41,230 nucleotides of DNA, taken from positions 287,119 to 328,348 of the forward strand of contig PS015013.1 of NCBI GenBank assembly GCA_048213135.1, given 5' to 3'. The stretch's first letter is position 1, and each line of letters opens with the position of its first letter. A program made the position numbers and the translations under genes. Shown in pieces: positions 14,452 through 25,985 of this stretch. This stretch comes from Reclinomonas americana ATCC 50394. Taxonomy: Eukaryota. The notes under the pieces were generated by a model, which had not been told where the DNA came from, searched no databases, and was given only the letters and a program-made list of their open reading frames with translations.

Positions 14452-17327
14452 ATGCTACTACGTGCGCTGTGTTCCAGTCGCCTCGCGCACTGGATGCGAC
14501 CAGCGCCCGGACCATCATCGCTCTCTGCACTTGTCACTGGGCAGTTGCGTTGGTTCACCAAGTCCAGCGGCAACACCAAGGACACCACTCCACCCACCGC
14601 CGCCAAGACTGCACCTGCTCGACAACATGCACCGCCACAACGAGCGGGAGCCACATCGCCACCTCCACCGCCATTGTCTTCTGCTCTGCAGCGCAAACCC
14701 ACGCATGTGCGTCGTCGCCCGCCAGCTGCGTCTTCCACTGCACCTGCAAGTGCGGCGGCAGCAGCGGCAGCAGCAACAGTCGCAGGAGGAGGAGCATCGC
14801 GACCACCGCCACGCCGTCATGTGAGTGGCGCAGTGGCGGGTGCTGCTCACTCACAGCACGCACATGCACCGCGAGTGCATGGCAAAGGCGACGATCATCA
14901 CAGGAGACGCACCACGCGCCCACACGTTGCAGTTGCGTCTCTCTCATACCCTTTCTCTCTCATTTGTGTGTGCGTGCATTGGGCGCTGACAATGTGTGTG
15001 TATACACAGCGGCAAAAGTTGGTTCGCACGCTGGAGAGTGTGGCCGAGTCGCTGGCCAATGCGGCGTCGCCAGGCGAGCTTGGCCCGCACCATTACGCCA
15101 CGGCGGTCACCTCGCTGCGCGGTCGTCGGAATCGCCCGGATGCTGTGCCGGCCGAGCATCTGGCGCCCGTCACACGCGATGTTTCGCATCCCGAGGTGCT
15201 GTGCGCCCAGCCGCGCTCGCAGCCACCGTCCGACACCGCGCAGGCGCTCGTGCACGGCAAGACGCAACTGGTGTTTGCGGCAGGCACGCTGCATGGTGGG
15301 TGGTCCTCTTTGCGTTGCCTGACTGTCTGGCCTGCAATCGTAACGATATCCGTGTGTGCTGCAGCGATTCAGCCGCCGGTGAACATACCCGTACCGCAGC
15401 TGGCGCACTCGCTGCGCGATGTCATCTTCCGTGGCGGCTTGCATACGCTGCGGGAGCTCCCGTTTGGACGCTTCAATTTTTCGCCGTATCTGCGCACGGT
15501 CGTGCAGCCGCAGAACATTGGTACGTGCACGCTTCGCTTCACGCGCGCGCGTGTGTAAGTGCTCTCTCATTGTCACCGCTTGCGCAGATTTTGATGCACT
15601 GCCGTCGTTTGTCACGCCGTCGTCGGATGTGCAGCTGGCCGAGCTGGCGGTGCGCCAGCAGTGTCGCTTCACTGGCTCGACTTCCAGTGTCACGGGCATT
15701 CTGTCGCAGCTGTACTTTGCCATCAGCAACTTCCGTCCCGTGTCGATGGACCGGTTGCACACGTTCAGCAATGCGCCGAGCCACTTTACTCCCAGCACGC
15801 GGAAACCCGTGGCTGTGTTTGTACGGTGAGGATCAGACAAGGCAGTCTCGCTCGTGTCTGTCGTGCTCACCTTGTGGCACGGTAGACCACGCACGCTGGA
15901 TGCCGACAGCAAGGGCGCACCGGGCAGGCGCGTGTACTCGGTCGACTCGAACTCGTTGCTATCTGTGAGCCGCTCGCCGATTTTGTTGGACCTCGGCAAG
16001 AGTCTCGAACGCATGCTCACGCTCTCCGAAGAAGACTTTAACAAGTACCTCGTGCGCGGACCGTCAGCCAATGGTGTGTGTGGACTAATGTGAATCTTTT
16101 TTACGCTGTTGTTCCCTCTTTTATTCTCAATGGTGGAATGCAGTGCCGTACTCGGAGCCGGTGGCCTACAACTACCTGCAAGTCGGCGACATGTTGCTGC
16201 GTTCTCAGTTGGATTGCTACGATCCGGACCTGCCGCCGCCGTGCCAGACCTTTGACCTGAAGACGCGTGCGACGCTGGCCATCCGCACCGACCTGGAGAA
16301 CTACGCGCAGCGTCTGAACTACAAGCTGGAGTACCTCACTGGCTATTCGCGCTCGTACGAGCGCGAGTTCTACGACATGGTGCGCTCCGTCTTCATCAAG
16401 TACTGCTTCCAGGCGCGTATCGGTCGCATGCACGGCATCTTTGTGACGTACCACAACACGGACGAGATCTTTGGTTTCGAGTACGTGTCGCTGGCGGAGA
16501 TGGAGCGACGAGTGTACGGCAGCACCGAGTGTGCCAAGCAGGTGTTTGGCATCACCAGCGTGTTGATGAACCGGATGCTGACCGAACTCGTCAACCGCTT
16601 CCCCGACAAGGTGAGACGTGTGGTGAAGGAGAAGAGAGTGTTTATTGTTGGTGGAAGCACTGACGGTTGCTGCGTTGCAGGTGCTGAATGTGCTGGTCAG
16701 TGTGCCGCACTCTGACCGGCAGGCCAAGGGCTCGTGTGAGATCCAGCAACTGCACGTCTTCTACGAGCCCATGGATGCGCAGGATGATCCCGGGTGGACC
16801 GACGCGTCGGCGGCCGATTCGATTCGGCATGCCATGATAAGTAACTACATGACAGCCATGCTGCGCGGTACGTTTCCTTCTCTACTTTCTGTCTGTGAAA
16901 GAGAGATTGACTCGGCTGTGTGTGTGTGTGTGCAGATGTGCATCTCGGCCGTCGCGTGTTCCACAAAATGGACATTGAGCTCGCCACGCTGGTGAACGGG
17001 CAACCGCTGCAGGGTGTGCTGGATGTCGCCGAGGGCGACACGTTGGATGTTGCGTCAGCGCGNNNNNNNNNNNNNNNNNNNNCGCACTCTCACTCTCTCT
17101 CTCTCTCGCTCGAGTTTTGCCGTCTCACTCTGTCACAGGTGTACTATTCGTTCAAACACGCGGGCAACACGCTCGACGACCAGCAAGTACGCGAGGAGTG
17201 TGTCCGCGCATACTGCAAAGCGGCCATGGACGACATTCCGAATCCCACTGGCAGCACACCAACAGCAACTACAACAACAACAACAACAACAGCGGCGACG
17301 ACGCCAACGGATGACAAGGGCGGCTAA
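14452..17327 (+). CDS. PET127: Pet127-family mitochondrial 5'-3' exoribonuclease (PD-(D/E)xK)
   Basis: Arg/Ser-rich presequence MLLRALCSSRLAHW; VPQLAHSLRDVIF, FNFSPYL, FTGSTSSVTGILSQ, LLRSQLDCYD..FDLKTRA, YEREFYDMVRSVFIKYCFQARIGRMHGIFVTYHNT..FGFEY match remembered Pet127 blocks. Confidence 0.92.
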
Positions 17328-17378
17328 ACCAACGATAATACATGATCTACTCAATACTCGCCACTCGCGTGATGGATG

Positions 17379-18015
17379 TCACTCTTCCTCCTCGTCGTCC
17401 CAACCCTCGGTGGAGTAGTTCTCGACAAGATCATCGTGGCGGCCAAACTTGCTCAAGAAACCCGCCGCGCCATACTGCAGCACGTACACCTTGCACTTGT
17501 GCGGATTGCCGCTCTCGGCCAGCGCCTCGGCAAACTCGGAGGCCGCCGACGGACCACGCACTTGCGAAAACATGCTGATTGCGTTCCTCGATCAGTACAC
17601 AGAGGCGCGCAGAGAACAGCGCATGCACTCACCAGTGAAACACGTACGTGCGAGGCTCCCGCTGCGCCTCCTGCACCAACTTTTCCACCTGCACGGCACC
17701 AAAGCTGCACGTGCTGCGGGTTTCAGTTGTCTCTCTCACACTGATCATGGCTTGCAGCACGCACCGCGCCGAGGGCATGTTGCGTGCCCCCACCAAGTTA
17801 CCACCGGCAAAGTCCGAGTCGCGCATGTCAATGATGGAGAGCTTGCCGACAGGTGTCGCCTCGCTCGAACGCATCCACGTGGCCAGCACCTCATTGCTCA
17901 CCTGCATTCACAGTCACACTCACAAACTGACAACAACTATTTTGCCTGCTCCATTTTCGCGCGCAACATACACCCATCCCTCCTCACTGTCGCCTCCTCC
18001 ATCGGCCGCACTCAT
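17379..18015 (-). CDS. Cdc25-like rhodanese phosphatase / arsenate reductase (ACR2/Ych1/Ibp1 type)
   Basis: IIDMRDSDFAGGNLVGARNMPS, and the active-site loop VFHCMFSQVRGP (HCx5R) formed across an intron. Confidence 0.88.
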
Positions 18016-18278
18016 CGCTGGTGTGGTTGACGACGATCGGAGAAACTGGCGGCAACGTGCAGAAATCACGCGTCGACACAGACTAAACAAACCCGCGGGA
18101 AGGCCCACCACAAAGAACAGCGCGCTGCTCACGAACACCACCACCACAGTGACGAGGTGAAGCACAACGCGAACTATTCTTGAAAGACACAAAGCGCGCG
18201 CGCGCGCGAGTGTATTTTTGTCACTCTCTTCTGTCACAACTTTTTTTGTTTACACCTACACGCGCGCAAGAAGCACAC

Positions 18279-20948
18279 ATGGCATCGTTGGACGGGGCAG
18301 ACTTTGATGTAGTGGTGCTGGGCACTGGACTGGTGGAGAGCGTGGTCGCTGGGTTCGTTCTCTCACACGCATGAGCTCACACACGCCATGAGCTTACACA
18401 AACTCTGCTCCCTCATTCTCACACTTGCACACACAGCGCATGTGCACGCATTGGCAAGCAAGTGCTCCACCTGGACCGCACAGGCGCCTACGGAGCTGCG
18501 TGGGGATCACTGTGCTTCCAGGAGATGCAGGAGTTTGTGCGCAACGGAGGCCAGTTGAGTGACACTGTTGGGGAGGGCGAGGGCGAGCGCGATGGACACG
18601 GTGCGCAGCTGCTGTTCTCGCAGTGTGGAGTGGTGCACTGCGATGAGGAGGACTTGCCGCGCTTGGAAGCAGTTGCGGTCTTTGTTCATTCATCCGCTTC
18701 TGGTGCTTTCTCTCTCTAACTTGCTGGTGCGACGCGCAGAGCAACCGCGGCTTCAACCTCGACTTGCCGGTGAAGCTCGTGCAGGCACGCACGGACCTCG
18801 TGGACGCCATGATCACGTCAGGCGTGTCGCGGTACATGGAGTTCTACGATCTGCGCAACTCGTACATGTTCCGAGGAGGGCGCTTTGTGCGAGTTGCGTG
18901 CCAAAGTGGTCGCTTGCCTCTCTGCGTGTTCTCTCATGGGTGTGTGTGTGGGGGGATCGATCAGGTGCCGAGCTCGCGTGGCGACGTGTTCCAGAGCAAG
19001 GACTTGGATCTGAAGCAGAAGCGCACGTTGATGAAGTTTATCAAGTCGTGTGTGGAAGACGAGACTCTGGGTCAGCTGCCAGGCGCGCTGTTTCTGTGTG
19101 TGTGGAGTGGGCTGTGCGTCTGTCGTGCTCACTGCGCAAGACAGAGCACGAGAGTCTGGCCTTTGTGGACTTTTTGGAGCAGCAGGGTCTCGACGAGCAG
19201 TTGCGCGATTTCGTCTTGTACGCCATTGCGTCGCTGTACCACGGCCAGGATGATGGTGTGTGCGCCCGCCCTGCTGCACTGCGTTTCGTGTAGCACATGC
19301 TAATTATTATAAAAACACACAGGATCGAGCCCCCATCGTTGCACACTGGCGGAGGGCGTGGAGCGGATACGCCGCTTCTCCACCTCGATTGGGCGTTTCT
19401 CCGAGTCGGCCTACATCTACCCGCTGTTTGGCATCAGTGAAATCAGCCAGGCGTTTTGCCGGTGAGCGCTTGTTGTGTCTCTTTTCTCCTGTGTGTGCGC
19501 GCGTGCTGACAGCAGTGCGTTGTGCAGCCTGTGTGCCGTGTTTGGTGGCATTTACGTGCTGCGGCGGTCGATTGTGCGATGCGAGGTGAATGCGGAGAAT
19601 GTGGAGCATCCACTGAGTGTCGCCATGACGGAGGGGGAGACGGTGCGCACGCGTCACTTGGTGGCGTCGCCAGAGTACTTCCCCGAGAATGTCACCACCA
19701 CCGAGTACGTGATGCATGTGGTGTCGACTCGAGAGAATGCACTCGCTCACTCACTCGCTCCACCAAACAACAGGCACCTCTCGCGCTGCATTGCCATTCT
19801 GTCGCATCCGCTCTTCCGACAGGAGCCACCTGCCGACGAGCACGTCAGCGAGACGGCACACTTGTCGATGAAGTACCAGCTCGGATGCTTCTACGCGGTG
19901 CTGCCACCGCACACTTTTGGCAATGCGCACCCCATTCATGTGATTCAGGTGGACCACCACTTCAACACGGTGCCGAATGGCTACTACGCCGTGCAGATGA
20001 CGACTGTGAGCTCTGGCGACGCTCGTGCCGATCTGACTCCCGCGCTGGAGGCGCTGGTGGAGATTGCGCATGCGGAGTGGACTGCGCACTATGCGGAGGA
20101 GCAGGCGGCCGCCGAGGCGGCTGCGGTTGCTGCGGCCGCTGATGCCGCCGAAGCCGCCGAGATTGCTGCTGCTGTTGCGGCTGCGGAGGCTGCGGAGGCT
20201 GCAGAGGAGGCTGCTGCGGCTGCGGCTGCGGGCAGTGAAGAAGAGGGAGCGTCCGGTGATGCTGCTGCTGTGGCCGCTGAATCCACAGTGGTGGCACAGG
20301 CGGTGGTCGCCGACGCCTTGTCGGCGGTGGAGGCGGCAGTAGCCTCGCCTGTAGCCGCGCCAGTAGCCGCGCCAGCGGAGCCAGTGCCGGCACCGATGCC
20401 CAAGGGTCCGCACATCATGTGGTCGGCGGTGTTTCAGCAGGCGATTCGAAAGGTTTTCTGTCGTGTTGCAGTCGTCCTCTTGTCAACGTGTCGCTCAATC
20501 ACAGTCGATGATCGGTACAGGTGGATCCAACCGTGGAGCGCCATGCCAATATGCACATTACGGCGTCGCCGCAGGCCACACTCGACTGTGACGATGTGAT
20601 GCCGCTCGCTCGTGCCATCTTTGATCGCATGTTCCCGGGCGAGGAGTTCTTGCCTCGTGTCCCCAACCCCGAGGACGAGGTGCGTGTCACCTGCATTGCC
20701 TCTCGCCATCCACACTCCTTCTCACTCCATCACAGTGGGAGGCCGTGCCCGATGAGGAAGAGGAGCCGACAGCTGGCGAGGGCTCGGGTGTGGTGTCTGC
20801 CGAGCCGGTGGAGGGAGCAGCGGGCAGCACTGCGCCATCACAGCCCGATGATGCGGTTCCCGAGTCCGGGGCGGCGGCCGCGGAACCGACTCCGACTGGT
20901 GAGCCGGTCGCTGATGCCGAGACACCGGTGGAGGCCACGGCTCCCTAA
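18279..20948 (+). CDS. Rab escort protein (Rab geranylgeranyltransferase component A; GDI/REP family)
   Basis: [86 protein letters not shown] (REP-type), FPGEEFLPRVPNPED. Confidence 0.92.
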
Positions 20949-21129
20949 TTGCACTTGTGCCATCCGCGAGAGAGAGAGAGAATAGTGTATAGATTCGACA
21001 TTGGTTCTGTTTGCACATGTGCGCACACACATACATACGCGTCTGCATTTCGCTCAAAACAAATCATTCCTCTAAAACAAAACAAACACGCACGCACAAG
21101 AGCACACACACAAACACAAAGAGAGAGAG

Positions 21130-23626
21130 TTACACAAACTCCTCAATATCAATCTCGACCACCGACACTGGGGTCTCGATGCCAAAGTTCTTGAGGACCA
21201 GCGGGTGTACCACACCGACGTAGCCAATGGGGCGGCCATGATACAGCACGTGCGCCTGCTGACCAGGGAACAGGAACGGCTCTGTGTGCCGACAAGAACA
21301 TGTGAGCGATATTTGACGAAAATCACTCAAGCAAGTGCAGATTACGCCCGAACCAGCGGATTCTGCGAGACGGAAGCCATCGTCAGTGTGTGGCTCCCAT
21401 TCCACACTCAACACTTGCATTGTGCGATCCAGCAAGCCGTGCACCGTCTGCGTATACACACACAAACGAAAAGCTGTCAGCACATGAAACGCAACGATCA
21501 TGAACAAACACATACACACCTCGAAGCTCGACGCCTTGGAGACGTAGGCTGCGGCGAGCTTGCGCACGTTGCGTGCGCCAACGTCCGCCGTCGCATCCTT
21601 GACCACGGCGTCCGACAGCTCAAAGAAGTGCAGCGGCAGCGGCTCGGTGCGGTTGTGTGCAATTGTTCTCAACAGCCCCGACAGCAGCGTCGTGCGCACA
21701 GTCTGGAACTCGGTGTTCTTCGGGTTGGCCACGGTAATGGCGAGTCCATCGTCTGGCCGCAGAAGCATCTCGTACAATTCGTCACGCGAGCACTGAGAGA
21801 GCACGCAGTGGCGGGGGCGGTGGCGGTGAGTGGCAAAAGAGAGAGAGAGGAAACGAGGGGGAGAACGAGTGGCACTCACCAACGCCAGCGTGAGTACTTC
21901 GGTGTAGCCTGCAAAGCCCATTTCTAGCCGCAGCAGGTCGCTGAGCTTGTTGAGTGGTTGTGGCTTGCCGGTGGTGGTGGTCTTGGGGTATGTGCGAGGC
22001 ACGCGGTTGTAGCCATACGCAATGCAAATGTCCTCCACCACGTCACATGCGTGCAACACATCGGGCCGTGTCGGTGGTGCCGACGTCCGAATGTACGCCG
22101 CATCATCCGGGTCGACCTCCGACGGCAGCTGCATCCGTTGCAACAGCGCGCAGCACTCAGCCGCCGTGATGTCCGACACACCAATTGTGCGGTGCACGTC
22201 GGCCAGGGCCACACGGAAGTGGCTCCACGAGAGGTCCGGATAGGAGCACGAGCGGCCGTCGGGGTACACCACGGAGACGGGTTCGATGCTGCGCATGGGG
22301 ATCGATGGTGAGTGGGGAGAATGGGGAATAGAAGGAGAGAGAGAGGCAAGAGGCGAACGCACTGGAACTTGTTGGCGCAATAGCACGAGAAACCGGCCAC
22401 GATCATGTTGAGCGTGATAATGGCCTTGGTGAGATCGGTGGCGGTGGCCTCGATGAGCACGTTGCGAGTGCGCAGAGCGATGCGCGAGTGGTTGCCGTTG
22501 ATGATCGGTGGCATGGAGAGGACCACGCGATTGGCGTCGTAGATCACCGGGTACACTGGCGAGTCGCGGATAATGGGCAGGAACTGTCGCAGCTTCAGAT
22601 CCGACTCGTACATGACCATCATCTCGGCGGCTGCACGCATCGCAAGCGTTCAGCGGAGAGGCACCCAGAAGGTGAGTAAAGCACGCACGACACACCATTC
22701 ATCTCCACAGTCTTGTTGAGCGGCACGAAGCGAATCTGGTCCGGCGGCAGCGCCTCGTATGTGAACGGTGTCTGGATGGTGTCCAAATCGTGCGTGCCAA
22801 TGGCCACGAGTGTGCGCCGGCGGCACAGGTTCTGATGCAGCTTGTCCTGGAACTCAATGAAGCGATTGTAGTTCTTCTCGTCAAAGGTCACATCCCGCAG
22901 CACGGCGCTGACAATGTGCGGGCGGATGCGAGCCGTATCCGGGTGCACCGTGATCACAATCGGCTCTGCAGGCAGGCACACACACACACGCATGTCAGGC
23001 CTCTCACTTGTCGACGAATGAATGCACAACAAGCAGACCTCCACGAGGCGGATCAATCGTCAGCGCCGGCGGTGCACCGCGTCCTCGGAACACGCGCAAC
23101 GCTGCTGCCAGACCCTCCAAGCACCTGCACAGCATCACTCATCAGCTGTGCACACACACACACACACACCTCCTGGCACGCAACAGCAAGTCGTAGCGAT
23201 TGGCCGGCACCTCAATCTTGTAAATGATCTCGTTGGAGGTCTCCGAGACACCGACCAGTGTGCTTGGGTCGCCCTCCACTCCGCGCTCCTTGCGCAACAT
23301 GGTGGCCTCCGTGGTCTTTGTCACAAGGAAATGTGAGTTGCTCAAGTACCTCCCCAATGCCTCCCTTTCCTTCCACCTCCCACGCACCACATCGTCCAGC
23401 TCAATGCCGAACTCGAAGCACAGATCCTCGAACTGAGAGTCAGCTGTGTGCGCGAGACAGAGAGAGACAGGAACGAGTGTGCAAGTGTGAGTTGAGCATG
23501 ACATGTCACTCCTCTCTCACGCACGCACGCACACACACTCTCGCGTGGCACGGGATGCATCACTCAACTGAACTCCTCGCCGAGAGCGGCCATGAGGTCG
23601 GCCTTGGGAATGGCAACTACTGGCAT
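21130..23626 (-). CDS. FARSB: Cytoplasmic phenylalanine-tRNA ligase beta subunit
   Basis: [98 protein letters not shown]. Confidence 0.97.
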
Positions 23627-23748
23627 GGTGGTGTGTGCGTGTGCGTGCGGAGAGCAACAATCACGTGGTTGACTATGTCCCACAATCGAGTGATGCGTGA
23701 CACGGTGACAAGTCGAGTGGACGTCGTGCGGCTGCGCTTTTTTCTTAT

Positions 23749-23873
23749 AAAAAGGTCTGGCCCACGCGAGTGTGGTCTCCGGGCTGCGCCCCGGTGATGG
23801 AATGGCCCATCAAGACATTCCTCCAGAAGTATTTGTCTGCATGCTGGGGAGGCGCATACCTCGCTTCCCCCCA
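23749..23873 (+). ncRNA. U11: U11 minor-spliceosome snRNA
   Basis: 5' AAAAAGG; closing helix UCUGG/CCAGA; SL1 CCAC-GCGAGU-GUGG; SL2 CCGGG/CCCGG; SL3 GGAAUG-GCCCAUCAAGA-CAUUCC with the conserved CAUCAAGA loop; Sm-like AUUUGU; terminal hairpin GGGGAGGCG/CGCUUCCCC. About 125 nt with elements in U11 order. Confidence 0.85.
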
Positions 23874-23959
23874 CCTTACACAACGAGAAAAACGAAGGAA
23901 GATTAACACCAACAGAGAAGTGTAGTGCTCTCTTCACCCATCCTCTTCCCTTCTTCACT

Positions 23960-25103
23960 TTATCCTCTCCCTCCCCGCTCCTGCGCCGCCAACACCTGCA
24001 CCATATTCTGCTCATGCCTCATCTCCCCCCGCTGATACGCCGTCGACTCCGCCGGCACCACCCCCCTCGCCGCCGCCGCCCGCACCGTCGGCGCATTCCT
24101 CGTTAACGGCACCAACAACTGCTGCCGCAACAGCGGCACACGCGGCTGCTGAACCCCTGCTACCGGTCGGTTCTCGCGATGAATGGGACGCAGAAATGCC
24201 AGCTCGTCGCCAGCAGCACGAGGAGGAGAGCTCGAGGGCTGCCGTCGCGGCAGCTGCAGCGGCGGGACGAATGGCGGTACTTCTTTGGCTGGCTGCAGTG
24301 GAGGTGGCGTAAAGGGCGCAGTGGGTGCACGCGTACGCGGCGTGTTGTCCACCGACGAGGAGGCGACAGAGGCCAGCCGGCACGCCGACTCGATGGAGCT
24401 CAGCGAGATGGCGGAGACGAGGGAGCCAATGTGGGAGGTCGCTGCACTGGATCGTCGCAGGAGTGGCGGTGGTTGTGGTCGACTACTGCGCATGCGCATG
24501 CGGAAGGCAAAAAGGGTCATAGTGAGCGGAAGAGTGAGAGGGAGAGAGAGTAGGTGTGTGTGTGTGTGAGAGAGAGAGAGAACAGGAGAGAGAGAGAGAG
24601 AGCAGGTGAGAGTGAGAGAGAGAGAAAGGCGCGCGAGACTATCCGCATGGCGAAGATGGGCTTCGCGACAAGAACAACAATGCACCCTTCTCCCACCAAA
24701 CTAACCTGCGCTGAATAATCATTGTCACTCGCACTGTTGGGCTCCGCCTTCAGCACATTCGAGTCACTGGACGACGAACTGGAGGTGAAGTCGTGCATCA
24801 CCGGCTCTCCCAGGTCGCCCGTGTTGTAACCGGCAGTGTGCACAAACTTGGCAATCTGCCGCTTGCGACCGCGCCTCTCAGCAATAGCAGCCAGCAGCTC
24901 CTCCTGCAGCAGCAAGGTTTGGCTGAGGTTGACAGGGGAAAGGGCGACAACAAGAGAGTGACAGACCAAGTTCAGACTCCCTGTTTCTCACAGGCAATCT
25001 CTCTCACTCACTGCGCAACCTTGCTCACTGTGGACGATGAATGTGCGCGTGCGTGTGTCGTGTGTACGTTGCACACACACATACACACACACCCCGGCAT
25101 CAT
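23960..25103 (-). CDS. Pro/Ser/Arg-rich protein of unknown function (5' structure uncertain)
   Basis: Terminal exon MRMRSSRPQPPPLL...ERGGRG*, an exon EELLAAIAERRGRKRQIAKFVH...YSAQ ending at a GT donor, and a (CT)n/(CA)n intron between them. Confidence 0.5.
24529..24626. repeat. Intronic (GA)n/(GT)n compound microsatellite, representative of many in the window
   Basis: Runs such as gtgtgtgtgtgtgtgagagagagagagag; similar tracts at 3059-3098, 7904-7943 and 25239-25283. Confidence 0.85.
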
Positions 25104-25361
25104 GATGCCTTGGTCGCCTGCCTTCACATCCGTCCTCCTGCCTCCTCCTCTCTTCTCCTCTCTTCTCCTCCCTTCTCCTGCCTTCTCCTGCGCACTCATT
25201 ACCAATGCGCATTTACAAAAGGTTTGTGCCTTGCACCTCTGTGTGTGTGTGTTAGTGTGTGTGTGTGTGCGAGTGAGTGAGTGACAGGAGGGGACAGAAA
25301 TGCTCGCGCTGTTCTTTGTCTGCTTCTCTTTGTGCGTCGGTGTGAGAACAGGCTACGCGAC

Positions 25362-25731
25362 ATGGATGCTCTTGCTGTTGCAATGGACACGTTCACTCGT
25401 GTTGGTGTGAATTATGTCAATGTGAGAAGAAAGAGCGCGATTGAAGTTGGTTCAGTCTTGTTGCTCATCCGTGTTGCGTCATCAGATCAATCACCGTGCG
25501 ACCATGGCGCACGCTTTGCACGCCAGCGCGTTCCGCCGTGCCGCGCTTCCGCGTCAGGTGGAGGACTTGATCATCTTCTACCTCCTGGAGCCTGTTCGCG
25601 CACGCAACAAGTACATTCCAGTTGCCATTCGACACACTCTGGCGCTCTGGGTGATGCTCGTGCAGATTCTTGAGGCTGTGGTGGCGCACGTGGCGCTGGT
25701 GGCGCAGCTGGCCAACCAACGTCGCCACTAG
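25362..25731 (+). CDS. Small (~94 aa) unknown protein with a hydrophobic C-terminal helix
   Basis: MDALAVAMDTFTR | INHRATMAH...LPRQVEDLIIFYLLEP...LALWVMLVQILEAVVAHVALVAQL; one phase-0 GT-AG intron. Confidence 0.5.
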
Positions 25732-25985
25732 TTGGTGAAGGTCTGCCACGTGGCCCTTGGGCCCGTGTGCGGACTCGAGGTGGACGGGAGTGCACTGTGG
25801 TGGCCGAGCGAGCGACAGAGGTACAGACGGAACGGCAAAGGCCGGTTGCTATCAGAGGCGTTGACACGGCCAGAGAGGATGGCGCGCTGAAGAGAGAGTT
25901 TGGAATGGTTCCTGTTCAACTTGGAATGAAATTTGTGACATCACATAAATGGTGCTGTAGCAGGTCCGACACTCCCTTTAAAAGA

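Noticed and set aside
19069-19144. Possible GC-AG intron in REP (CCAG|GCGCGC)
   Set aside because: An upstream GT donor (CTGG|GTCAGC) gives the same phase, so it cannot be resolved without reads.
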